This document shows, in pieces, positions 1-10,078 of a stretch of DNA of 48,198 nt (positions are counted from its first letter, which is position 1; every line of letters starts with the position of its first letter). The notes under the pieces are model-generated. The model saw only the letters and a list, made by a program, of their open reading frames with translations. It searched no databases and was not told the origin of the DNA. Source of the DNA: an uncultured Oscillospiraceae bacterium (GTDB taxonomy: Bacteria; Bacillota; Clostridia; Peptostreptococcales; Anaerovoracaceae). Location of the stretch: contig CAYOYO010000001.1 in NCBI GenBank assembly GCA_964408195.1, forward strand, positions 2,479 to 50,676, given 5' to 3'. The position numbers were made by a program, and so were the translations under genes.

Positions 1-1251
1 GGTGGATTTCGATTGGGATTTGTTGCAGATGACGGCAGTTTCACCGAGCTGCTTCCTCTCCCTGCCTATAGGGAACTGACAGCCTATCCCAGAGATGGCC
101 ATGTAGAGCTGATGGACAGCGCCGGGGTTCTCATATCTGCCGATATTGGAATCAACGGTTGCCTTATGCCTTATATGGAAGGAGAAGGGAACTTTCTTCT
201 GATTGACGGGGCAGAATATCGAGGTGGAATCCTGTTCAAAGTCGGAGAAAGCAATGGGTTGACGGTAATCAATCATCTCACTATGGATGAGTATCTCTAT
301 GGAGTCATTCACAGAGAAATGGGGATGACAAATCCTCTTGAAGCACTGAAGGCTCAGTCGGTTGCTGCACGGACCTTTGCCGTTGTGAACAGAGATCGCC
401 ATGCTTCCGAAGGGTTTGATGTGTGTTCCACGATACACTGTCAGGTATACGGCGGCCGCAAAGACGAGTATGAAAGCACCTGCAAGGCGGTAGACGAGAC
501 AAGCGGAAGGATCCTTCGCTACCGGGGGGAAGCAGCCGAGAGTTATTACCACAAGAACAGCGGGGGTTACACACAAAACTCAGAGGATGAATGGTCTACC
601 AGAGCGCCACATTTAAGAGGAGTCGCCGACACATACAGCCCAGTGTACCCATGGCAGGCCGTCATCAGCTTTGACACCCTGCGGCAAAAATTAATTCTGG
701 CTCAAATGGACCCGGGAGCCGTAAAATCCGTAAGGATAGAAAGCTATGACGGTTCCGGAGCGGTATCTTCTCTGTTTATTGAAGGAAGCGACAGACAAGT
801 AGACTTAAGTAAATCAATGATCCGAGCCGTTCTGGGCAGTTCTTTGGTCCGATCAAGGCATTTCAGCCTGGGGGATTTGTATCTGGGAGGTACAAATCAG
901 GCAGGAACCATTCATTTGAGCATTCTCTCCGGTACGGGTGTAAAAAAAATGGATGGATCCGCAGCCATCTCTATCCTGTCGGCAGTAGGGAAGCAATCCA
1001 CTGCAGCGATAGAGACTCTGTCGTTCACCAACGGGAGGGAAACCGCGAAACTACAGCCTTCTGCTGAAAGCCCGGCCCCCGGAGGCGATGATATAAACAA
1101 AACGGTCACCGGAGGAACTTTGACGGTAACCGGTGTAGGGTACGGTCACGGGGTTGGCATGTCTCAGGACGGAGCCATAGAAATGGCGAAACAGGGGATG
1201 GACTACGAGGAGATATTGAAATTTTACTTTACCGACATTGAGGTATATTGA
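1..1251 (+). CDS. spoIID: SpoIID/LytB-domain protein (stage II sporulation protein D-like), 5' end probably outside the window
   Basis: The frame is open from nt 1, with no stop before the TTG at 13. Hallmark SpoIID motifs are present: [12 protein letters not shown]...[14 protein letters not shown] and the C-terminal [31 protein letters not shown]. Confidence 0.8.
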   Translation, partial: GGFRLGFVADDGSFTELLPLPAYRELTAYPRDGHVELMDSAGVLISADIGINGCLMPYMEGEGNFLLIDGAEYRGGILFKVGESNGLTVINHLTMDEYLYGVIHREMGMTNPLEALKAQSVAARTFAVVNRDRHASEGFDVCSTIHCQVYGGRKDEYESTCKAVDETSGRILRYRGEAAESYYHKNSGGYTQNSEDEWSTRAPHLRGVADTYSPVYPWQAVISFDTLRQKLILAQMDPGAVKSVRIESYDGSGAVSSLFIEGSDRQVDLSKSMIRAVLGSSLVRSRHFSLGDLYLGGTNQAGTIHLSILSGTGVKKMDGSAAISILSAVGKQSTAAIETLSFTNGRETAKLQPSAESPAPGGDDINKTVTGGTLTVTGVGYGHGVGMSQDGAIEMAKQGMDYEEILKFYFTDIEVY

Positions 1252-2285
1252 TGCATATTGATGATTTTGACTATGAATTGCCTGAAGCTCTCATCGCCCA
1301 ATACCCATCGGAAAAGAGGGACAATGCCAGGCTGATGGTGCTTGGCAGAGAGAATGGAACCATTGAACACAGACATTTCTACGATATCCTTGATTACATC
1401 TCTCCGGGAGATTGCCTTGTATTAAACAATTCGAAAGTTCTGCCGGCAAGGCTCCTTGGAAGAAAGGAGGCCACAGGTCTTTCGGTGGAGTTCCTTCTGC
1501 AGAAGAGAATCGAAGGGGATATCTGGGAAACCATGGTCCGCCCGGGCAGGAGGCTGAAACCGGGTGACGTCATTTGCTTTTCGGAAACACCCCGTCTTTC
1601 GGCAACCATTTTGGACTACGGTGGGGAAGGCACCCGTATTGTGGAATTTCAACACGAGGGAGCTTTTGTAGAGGTGTTGGATCAAGTAGGGAGAATGCCC
1701 TTGCCTCCCTATATTCACAGAGACAGTGAAGGGGGAGACAAGGAAAGATATCAGACGGTCTACTGTAGAGACGAGGGGTCTGTAGCAGCTCCTACCGCAG
1801 GGCTCCACTTCACCGAAGAACTCCTGGAAAAGGCCAGGGCAAAGGGTGTCCGTCTAGCTTTCGTTACCTTGCATGTTGGAATCGGAACCTTTCGCCCAGT
1901 GAAATGCGAAAGGATTGAAGACCATAAAATGCATTTTGAAGAGTATCGCATCGATGACCAAACGGCAGAAGTCATCAACAACACCAAAGCGTCAGGGGGA
2001 AGAGTTTTTTCTGTTGGGACCACCTCCACAAGAACTCTGGAGAGCGCAGCAGACAAAGATGGTAGGGTGAAAGCGGGCTTTGGGAATACGGACATCTTTA
2101 TTTATCCGGGCTATTCCTTTCGCATCGTTGACAGCCAGATTACCAACTTCCATTTACCCAAATCTACTTTAATGATGCTCGTATCCGCTTTTTACGACAG
2201 GGAGAAAATCCTGGAAGCCTATGAGGCAGCCATAAGGCAGAAATACCGGTTTTTTAGCTACGGGGATGCCATGCTCATTTTATAG
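1251..2285 (+). CDS. queA: S-adenosylmethionine:tRNA ribosyltransferase-isomerase
   Basis: N-terminus [26 protein letters not shown] plus [11 protein letters not shown] and [12 protein letters not shown] are typical QueA. I prefer the ATG at 1251 over the TTG at 1248; it abuts the spoIID stop codon (1249-1251). Confidence 0.95.
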   Translation: MHIDDFDYELPEALIAQYPSEKRDNARLMVLGRENGTIEHRHFYDILDYISPGDCLVLNNSKVLPARLLGRKEATGLSVEFLLQKRIEGDIWETMVRPGRRLKPGDVICFSETPRLSATILDYGGEGTRIVEFQHEGAFVEVLDQVGRMPLPPYIHRDSEGGDKERYQTVYCRDEGSVAAPTAGLHFTEELLEKARAKGVRLAFVTLHVGIGTFRPVKCERIEDHKMHFEEYRIDDQTAEVINNTKASGGRVFSVGTTSTRTLESAADKDGRVKAGFGNTDIFIYPGYSFRIVDSQITNFHLPKSTLMMLVSAFYDREKILEAYEAAIRQKYRFFSYGDAMLIL

Positions 2286-2309
2286 AGTGGGGCGCCGAGA
2301 ACAGGATAG

Positions 2310-3440
<1,131 letters not shown>

Positions 3441-3442
3441 GC

Positions 3443-3510
3443 AAACCTGCCACGGGGACAGACCCTTTGTCAGGAAAACCTGACAAAGGGTCTGTCCCCG
3501 TGGCAGGTTT
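3443..3510 (+). terminator. 32-bp perfect inverted repeat with a 4-nt loop after tgt; possible terminator or palindromic element
   Basis: Left arm 3443-3474 (aaacctgccacggggacagaccctttgtcagg), loop aaaa, right arm 3479-3510. The right arm is the exact reverse complement, checked base by base. Only a weak T-run follows. Confidence 0.5.
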
Positions 3511-3537
3511 ATGTTATTTAAGAAGGAGTGAACGCAT

Positions 3538-4464
3538 ATGCCTATTATTGTCCCTAAGGGATTGCCTGCTTTTAAAATACTGAAAGAAGAAAACGTCTTC
3601 GTGATGAATGAAGTGCGTGCCCAAACCCAAGACATAAGACCCTTAAAAATTGCCATCGTCAACCTGATGCCTACAAAGGAGGTTACAGAGACACAGCTGA
3701 TACGGCTTTTGGCAAATACCCCCCTTCAGGTGAATCTGAAACTACTGACAATGGATTCCCACGATTCGAAAAATACCAAGAGAGATCATCTGGAGAACTT
3801 CTACAATACGTTTGAGGAAATCAAAAACCACCGCTTTGACGGCATGATCATCACCGGAGCCCCGGTGGAATTCCTTCCCTATGAAGAGGTGGACTATTGG
3901 AAAGAGCTGACGGAGATCATGGAATACACAAAGGATCACGTATTCAGCGTCCTGCACATCTGCTGGGGAGCCCAGGCTGCTCTCTATTACCACTACGGAA
4001 TCGATAAATATGTGCTCCCGGAGAAATTATTCGGCGTTTACCCGCATAAACTGAAGGACAGGAAATCCGAATTGATGCGTGGATTTGACGAAGTTTTCTA
4101 CGCCCCTCACAGTCGCCACACCCAGGTGATGAAAGAGGATATCCTTGGATTCCCCGAATTGAAAATCCTGGCGGAGTCAGAAATCGCGGGCCCTCATATC
4201 ATCTCCACGAAGGATAAACGCATGATCTTTGTACAGGGCCATGCCGAATACGACAGTGATACCCTGCGGCTTGAGTATGAACGGGATGTGAAAAAAGGAC
4301 TTCCCATAAATGTTCCGGCTAACTATTTTGAACAAGATAACCCGTCCGGAAAGATTCTGGTTCGCTGGAGGGGACACGCCAATCTGTTTTTTGCAAACTG
4401 GCTTAACTATGTGTACCAGGAGACTCCCTACGACCTGAATAAATTGGAACTGTTAAGAAAATAA
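3538..4464 (+). CDS. metA: Homoserine O-acyltransferase (MetA family)
   Basis: [38 protein letters not shown] (active-site Cys region) and HSRHT are present. An AGGAG RBS lies upstream of the ATG. Confidence 0.9.
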   Translation: MPIIVPKGLPAFKILKEENVFVMNEVRAQTQDIRPLKIAIVNLMPTKEVTETQLIRLLANTPLQVNLKLLTMDSHDSKNTKRDHLENFYNTFEEIKNHRFDGMIITGAPVEFLPYEEVDYWKELTEIMEYTKDHVFSVLHICWGAQAALYYHYGIDKYVLPEKLFGVYPHKLKDRKSELMRGFDEVFYAPHSRHTQVMKEDILGFPELKILAESEIAGPHIISTKDKRMIFVQGHAEYDSDTLRLEYERDVKKGLPINVPANYFEQDNPSGKILVRWRGHANLFFANWLNYVYQETPYDLNKLELLRK

Positions 4465-4490
4465 GAGAAAATCGAAAGGAGAAACGGCCC

Positions 4491-5684
4491 TTGGATTTAT
4501 GCGAACATCGGTCCCAATGCGGGGGCTGCATCTATCAGGAAATCCCATATAAAGACCAACTGCAGATGAAAGCAAAGGATGTCCTTCGCCATCTCAACGA
4601 CAATCTGATTTCATGCCACCGCTTCCTCGGTATCGAGGGGAGTCCTAAGCTTTATGCCTATCGAAATAAAATGGAGTATACTTTCGGAGACGAGGTGAAG
4701 GGCGGAGAGATGACTCTGGGACTCCATCAGCAGGGACGCCACATGTCTGTTATTACCACGGACCGGTGTCAGCTGGTGGATCCGGATTTTAATCTGATTT
4801 TAAGAGAGACACTTGGATTTTGTCGGGAAAAGGGTTATCCACTCTATCATAAGAAAAGTCATGCCGGGCTTCTTAGGCATCTGATCCTACGAAAGGGAGA
4901 GCATACGAGAGAAATTCTCATAAATATAGTGACCAGCACTGCAATGCCATTTGATGGAGAAGAATTTGTTTCCCGGATTCAGGGGTTAGACTTGCAAAAC
5001 AAGGTGGTGGGCATCCTGCATACAGAAAATGACAGTCCCGCCGATGCAGTGGTTTGCCAGAGCTTGCATATCCTGTGGGGAAGGGACTATTACCGGGAGG
5101 AACTTCTGGGTCTTACGTTCCGTGTCAGTGCCTTTTCCTTTTTCCAAACCAATGTATCGGCTGTGGAACGTCTTTATACAGAAGCTTTATCACTGATTCC
5201 CGAGCTATCCGGAAAGATCGTATTCGACCTGTATTCGGGAACAGGTACCATCACCCAGGCGGCAGCCCTGCGTGCAGAGAAAGCCATCGGTATAGAGCTT
5301 GTACCGGAAGCGGTGGAAGCGGCGAAAGCAAATGCTAAGATGAATGATTTGTCAAACTGTACATTTATTGCAGGTGATGTGCTGAACGTGTTGGACGGTA
5401 TTGCTGAAAAGCCGGATGTAATCATTCTGGACCCGCCTAGATCAGGGGTGCATCCAAAAGCGCTGGAAAAAATATTAAACTATGAGGTAAAGCAAATTCT
5501 TTACATCTCCTGCAACCCGAAAACCCTTGCGCAAAACCTGGCAACGGCAGAACTTTTCGGGTATCGTGCAATCACGTTGAAAGCCTATGACAATTTTCCC
5601 TTTACCAGGCATTGCGAATGCGTCTGCCTGCTGGAGAATGGATCGGATATGACTTCTGAGGAAAGCGGGCAGCCATGCGAATAG
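4491..5684 (+). CDS. SAM-dependent RNA (uracil-5)-methyltransferase, TrmA/RlmD (RumA) family, with no obvious TRAM domain
   Basis: It has an N-terminal Cys cluster (CxxxxxCGGC ... DRCQL) typical of the Fe-S site. It also has FFQTN, the SAM motif DLYSGTGTI, DPPRSG, and the catalytic YISCNP. The start is TTG with an AAGGAG RBS 9 nt upstream. Confidence 0.8.
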   Translation: MDLCEHRSQCGGCIYQEIPYKDQLQMKAKDVLRHLNDNLISCHRFLGIEGSPKLYAYRNKMEYTFGDEVKGGEMTLGLHQQGRHMSVITTDRCQLVDPDFNLILRETLGFCREKGYPLYHKKSHAGLLRHLILRKGEHTREILINIVTSTAMPFDGEEFVSRIQGLDLQNKVVGILHTENDSPADAVVCQSLHILWGRDYYREELLGLTFRVSAFSFFQTNVSAVERLYTEALSLIPELSGKIVFDLYSGTGTITQAAALRAEKAIGIELVPEAVEAAKANAKMNDLSNCTFIAGDVLNVLDGIAEKPDVIILDPPRSGVHPKALEKILNYEVKQILYISCNPKTLAQNLATAELFGYRAITLKAYDNFPFTRHCECVCLLENGSDMTSEESGQPCE

Positions 5685-6931
5685 GGTATGCCTGTCTTAC
5701 GGTAGGAGTGCAAAACACAGATATTCGGACTTGCGCGCAAAAGAATGCCAGCGAAGAGAAGCTGAAGGAGTTGATTTCCCACAACCTGACGTCTCTTGAA
5801 AACATCATAGATTACAACATCAAAAACGATATTTTGCTCTTTCGTATCAGCTCCGACCTGATTCCCTTCGGCTCAAGCCCAGTGAACCGGATCCCCTGGT
5901 GGGATTTGTTTCGCCACCGCCTCCAAGTAATCGGAGAGAAAATAAAAAGCCACGGCATGCGGGTATCCATGCATCCCGGACAATACACTGTGATTAATTC
6001 CCCCCATGAGGATGTGGTTGAACGATCAATTACTGACCTGGACTACCATGCCCGTGTTTTAGAGAGCCTTAACCTTAACCGGGAACACAAGATCATTCTC
6101 CACATCGGAGGGATTTACGGCGACAAAGGACAGGCCATAAGAAGATTTGAAAAGAGTTACAAGAAATTGACGGAGCCGGTCAAGGAGAGGCTTGTCATAG
6201 AAAATGATGACAGGTCTTATACCATTTCCGATGTACTGGAAATCGGAACCAAAATGGGTATCCCCGTAGTGTTCGACAACCTTCACCACAGAGTGAACCC
6301 CAGCCTTGAAAAGGAGACAGATGCTTTTCTTATCAACGCGTGTAAAAACACCTGGAAGAAGGAGGATGGTCCCCCAAAAATCCATTATTCGCAGCAGGAT
6401 CGGACGAAAAAGCCGGGAGCGCATTCGTCAACCATCAAGATTGATGAATTCCTCCGATATATGGACAATCTGGGGGAAATGGCACCGGATCTCATGCTGG
6501 AAGTCAAGGACAAGAATTTATCTGCCTTAAAATGCGTCAACTGCATGGGGAAGGACAAAAGGATTTTAGTACTTGAACGGGAATGGGGTCGCTATAAATA
6601 CAGTGTCCTGGAGAAAGCGCCCGCCGCCTACCAAGAAGTTCGCAACCTCCTTAAGGACAAAGACCAATACCCGGCTCTCGATTTTTATCACATATTGGAA
6701 GAAGCTCTCAATCAGCCGGAAGCTCCCGGTAATACAGAAAATGCAGCCCTCCACGTCTTCGGGTATTTTAAGGAACTGGCAACGATTAAAGAAAAGGACC
6801 GGTTTTTCCGACTTCTTGACTCCTACAAGCAGGGGAAGATTCACTCTCGGAGTATGAAAAATCTGTTATGGATGTTAACCCAAAAATACGGACAGCCTTA
6901 TCTTTTGGATTCCCTTTATTTTATTCTTTAA
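5675..6931 (+). CDS. uvsE: UV damage endonuclease UvsE with a roughly 120-aa C-terminal extension
   Basis: The N-terminus MRIGYACL..G, FRISSDLIPF, MHPGQYTVINSP, ILHIGG, ENDD and MLEVKDKN match the UvdE TIM-barrel family. It overlaps the upstream gene by 10 nt. Confidence 0.85.
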   Translation: MRIGYACLTVGVQNTDIRTCAQKNASEEKLKELISHNLTSLENIIDYNIKNDILLFRISSDLIPFGSSPVNRIPWWDLFRHRLQVIGEKIKSHGMRVSMHPGQYTVINSPHEDVVERSITDLDYHARVLESLNLNREHKIILHIGGIYGDKGQAIRRFEKSYKKLTEPVKERLVIENDDRSYTISDVLEIGTKMGIPVVFDNLHHRVNPSLEKETDAFLINACKNTWKKEDGPPKIHYSQQDRTKKPGAHSSTIKIDEFLRYMDNLGEMAPDLMLEVKDKNLSALKCVNCMGKDKRILVLEREWGRYKYSVLEKAPAAYQEVRNLLKDKDQYPALDFYHILEEALNQPEAPGNTENAALHVFGYFKELATIKEKDRFFRLLDSYKQGKIHSRSMKNLLWMLTQKYGQPYLLDSLYFIL

Positions 6932-7217
6932 TAACTCTTTTTTTCTTTCAAGTGGGCAGAGTTACTGTGAATACTCCGGTCTGTCGGATCCGGGGATGTG
7001 AACAGCAACGGGTCAGGAAAAAACTGTCGAATCATGTAGATTTTTAGGATATGCAAGAGTATAATATAATACAACATTCAACCGACAAAAATACAGGAAA
7101 GCGGAATTGTAACCTTAAATCTTCCAATTCTTCTACAGTATCAAGAATTCAACCCCCGGACTTATTATAAGAAATCCACACCATGCTTTAGTGCTAGCGC
7201 GATAACGAGGTGTTCCT

Positions 7218-10046
7218 ATGGCAATCCACAGTAAAGGGTTAAAGAAAGAAAAGGGCGAGAAGAACTCAGAGGCTTACAGCTTTCCCGGCCGGCCTGGAAG
7301 CGCAAGAGCCATTGCTTTCGCTATTGTTGTTCTGCTGCTCAGTGGTGTTTATCTGGGATTTGCCTATAACAGATATCGGAGCATAGCCACTCGTGAAGCC
7401 ATCATACTGGCCGAGTCTCTAGAGTCCCTCCTGCATACGGAACATATCGCCGAGCTCATCGGCAGCGCAGAAGATCTACAGAAACCCGAATACATTATAA
7501 CAAAAGAAAGTCTGATCAGTTTAGTGGAGACTATAAATCCCATACGCTTTGCTTACTTACTGGGAGAACGTAAAGGAAATCTGGTCTTTCTTCTGGATTC
7601 CGAAACGCCCGATTCCCCGGGGTACTCGCCTCCCGGGCAAATCTATAGCGAAGCGGCCAATGTATACAGGGAGCCGTTCCGAACAGGGAAAACCGCCATA
7701 GCAGATCGAAAAGAAGACCGTTGGGGCACATGGGTCAGCATCCTGGTGCCGGTCACAGACCCTGTTGACGGCAGCGTAGTTGCCGTGTTTGTAATCGACT
7801 ACGATGCCGCCGAATGGTACCGGGGAATTCGAAAGCATATGATTCCGGATATCATCATTGTACTTTCGATTCTCATGCTCCTGACAGCTTTGGTTTACTC
7901 TCTTTTCCAGAGAAATACTCTAAAGAAACTCAGCGAAAAGTTGGCATTTGATGAAGCCTTGTATCACAATGTGTTTAAGCAGGCCCCCATCGGCATTGCC
8001 ATTGTCAATAACAAGAATTTTGTTGTCCGATCCCAATACGGGTCCATGAATATCAATCCCATGTTTGAACGGATTTTAGGCAGAACCGGAACAGAATTGA
8101 GTGAAGTACAGTGGACGGAAATCACGCACCCTGAAGACTTGGCGGAGGATCTGGATAAGTTCGACAGATTCCAGAGCTGCGAAATCAACGGTTATTCCAT
8201 GGAAAAGCGGTTCCTCAAGCCGGATGGCTCCAGCGTCTGGACCCATATGAAAATCGTTCATCTCTTAGGAGGGGACCAGAAGTTCCCCATGCACTTGTGC
8301 CTGCTGGAAGACATCTCTGCCCGAAAGGCTTCGGAGACCAATTTAAAAGAAAGCGAACGAAGCAAATCCGTGCTTCTCTCTAATCTCCCCGGAATGGCCT
8401 ACCGCTGCAAATACGACTACCAGGGAACCATGCTCTATGTATCGGCAGGCTGTTATCACCTGACCGGCTATCTGCCGGAGAGTTTTCTCAACAACAAAGA
8501 TCTTGCGTTTAACGATATCATCACACCGGGATACCGGAACATCCTCCTGGAAGAATGGAATCGAACCGTACCCAATAAGCTCCCCTATAAATGTGAATAT
8601 GAAATCATTACCGCACATGGTCAGCATAAGTGGGTTCTGGAGATGGGAGAGGGTGTTTATGATGATGAGGGAGAGGTTGAGGCTCTCGAAGGAATTATAC
8701 TGGATATATCAGACAGGAAAGAGATGGAGGACATCTTAAAATACAATAGCGAACACGATATGTGGACCGGCCTCTATAACCGCCGTTACCTGGAGGACCT
8801 TCTGAAGAAGGACAGCAAATCCGAGTACGCCGGGAAAAGCGCCCTGGTGAGCATCAACCTGACCGGGGTCAACTCCCTCAGCCTGATCTACGGTTTTCAT
8901 TACAGTCGTGATTTGATTAAAAAAGCGGCGGAATCCTTAAGCGAGCTCTGCAGCGAAAAACACCGTCTCTTCAACACCTATGAAAACCGGTTTGTATTTT
9001 ATATCAAGGACTATGAAGCCGACTGGGAGGTGCCCGCATTCTGCGAAGCGGTGGCTCAAAGGCTGGATGTTATATTCTCAGTGGAAAGAGTCAGCATCGG
9101 AATCGGTGTCATTGAGATTCAGGACCACAACAGGCATGATATCGGCCTTCTGCTGAAAAACCTGCTGGTAGCGTCTGAAAAAGCCATCGACAGCATGGAG
9201 ACGGATGTGGGGATCTGTTTTTTCGATAGTGAGGTGGAAGCTCAGATTCTTCGAGAAGAAGCAATTATAAGAGAATTGGATCAAATCGCAGCACAGGATC
9301 ATATGGGCGGGCTTTATCTCCAATACCAACCCATACTGGAACTCGCCACTGACAGAATCTGTGGTTTTGAAGCTCTGGCCAGGCTGAACAGTGACAAACT
9401 GGGGCTGGTGATGCCCATGGAATTCATCCCCCTGGCAGAGAAGACGAAGCTCATTCTCCCTTTGGGGGAAAAATTGCTCCTCTGCGCTCTTGGCTTTCTC
9501 CGTCAATTGAAGGAAAAAGGGTTGGAACATGTGAGCATATCCGTGAACATTTCCGCCATTCAGCTGCTTAGAAGAGGCTTTGCGGAACGGTTGTTTGAGA
9601 TGATAGAAGAGATGGGCGTAAATCCGGAAAGACTCTGCATTGAGATCACCGAGACGGTCTTTGCCTCAAACTACCAGGAAATAAACATCATCCTCAGCAA
9701 GTTCCGCCAAATGGGTATCAACATTGCCATCGACGATTTCGGCACCGAGTATTCCTCTCTCGCCAGAGAAAGGGAGCTGAATGTGACCTGCCTCAAGATT
9801 GACAGATATTTCATCGACAAACTGCTGAAAATCGACCCGGAACAAGCCATCACCGGCGACATCATATCCATGGCTCACAAGCTTGGACACTGCGTCACGG
9901 CAGAAGGAGTAGAAGAGGAAAGACAGCTTAAGTATCTGCGAGATCACGGCTGCGACAAAATTCAAGGGTATCTGATCAGCAAGCCCGTGGATGAGGAAGA
10001 AGCCCTTGCCTTTCTTTCTACAATTAACGATGAGGATTGCCTCTAG
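7218..10046 (+). CDS. Membrane sensor protein: extracytoplasmic sensor domain, 2 PAS domains, degenerate GGDEF, and EAL (c-di-GMP phosphodiesterase)
   Basis: Two TM segments flank a roughly 170-aa loop. The EAL domain has all its signature residues (GFEALARL, SVNIS, EITE, DDFGTEYSSL, KIDRYFI, EGVEEE, QGY). The GGDEF domain starts at WTGLYNRRYL, but its signature position reads YENRF. Confidence 0.85.
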   Translation: MAIHSKGLKKEKGEKNSEAYSFPGRPGSARAIAFAIVVLLLSGVYLGFAYNRYRSIATREAIILAESLESLLHTEHIAELIGSAEDLQKPEYIITKESLISLVETINPIRFAYLLGERKGNLVFLLDSETPDSPGYSPPGQIYSEAANVYREPFRTGKTAIADRKEDRWGTWVSILVPVTDPVDGSVVAVFVIDYDAAEWYRGIRKHMIPDIIIVLSILMLLTALVYSLFQRNTLKKLSEKLAFDEALYHNVFKQAPIGIAIVNNKNFVVRSQYGSMNINPMFERILGRTGTELSEVQWTEITHPEDLAEDLDKFDRFQSCEINGYSMEKRFLKPDGSSVWTHMKIVHLLGGDQKFPMHLCLLEDISARKASETNLKESERSKSVLLSNLPGMAYRCKYDYQGTMLYVSAGCYHLTGYLPESFLNNKDLAFNDIITPGYRNILLEEWNRTVPNKLPYKCEYEIITAHGQHKWVLEMGEGVYDDEGEVEALEGIILDISDRKEMEDILKYNSEHDMWTGLYNRRYLEDLLKKDSKSEYAGKSALVSINLTGVNSLSLIYGFHYSRDLIKKAAESLSELCSEKHRLFNTYENRFVFYIKDYEADWEVPAFCEAVAQRLDVIFSVERVSIGIGVIEIQDHNRHDIGLLLKNLLVASEKAIDSMETDVGICFFDSEVEAQILREEAIIRELDQIAAQDHMGGLYLQYQPILELATDRICGFEALARLNSDKLGLVMPMEFIPLAEKTKLILPLGEKLLLCALGFLRQLKEKGLEHVSISVNISAIQLLRRGFAERLFEMIEEMGVNPERLCIEITETVFASNYQEINIILSKFRQMGINIAIDDFGTEYSSLARERELNVTCLKIDRYFIDKLLKIDPEQAITGDIISMAHKLGHCVTAEGVEEERQLKYLRDHGCDKIQGYLISKPVDEEEALAFLSTINDEDCL

Positions 10047-10078
10047 ACGGACAACCCACTATTAAGGGGAGAAGATTC

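Noticed and set aside
3511-3537. Possible S-box or T-box control of metA. I made the same check for T-box leaders ahead of the his operon (35005-35130) and the dehydratase operon (23767-23900, minus strand).
   Set aside because: The leaders are only about 30-100 nt, which is too short. They also lack the conserved T-box (AGGGTGGNACCGCG-like) or S-box cores.
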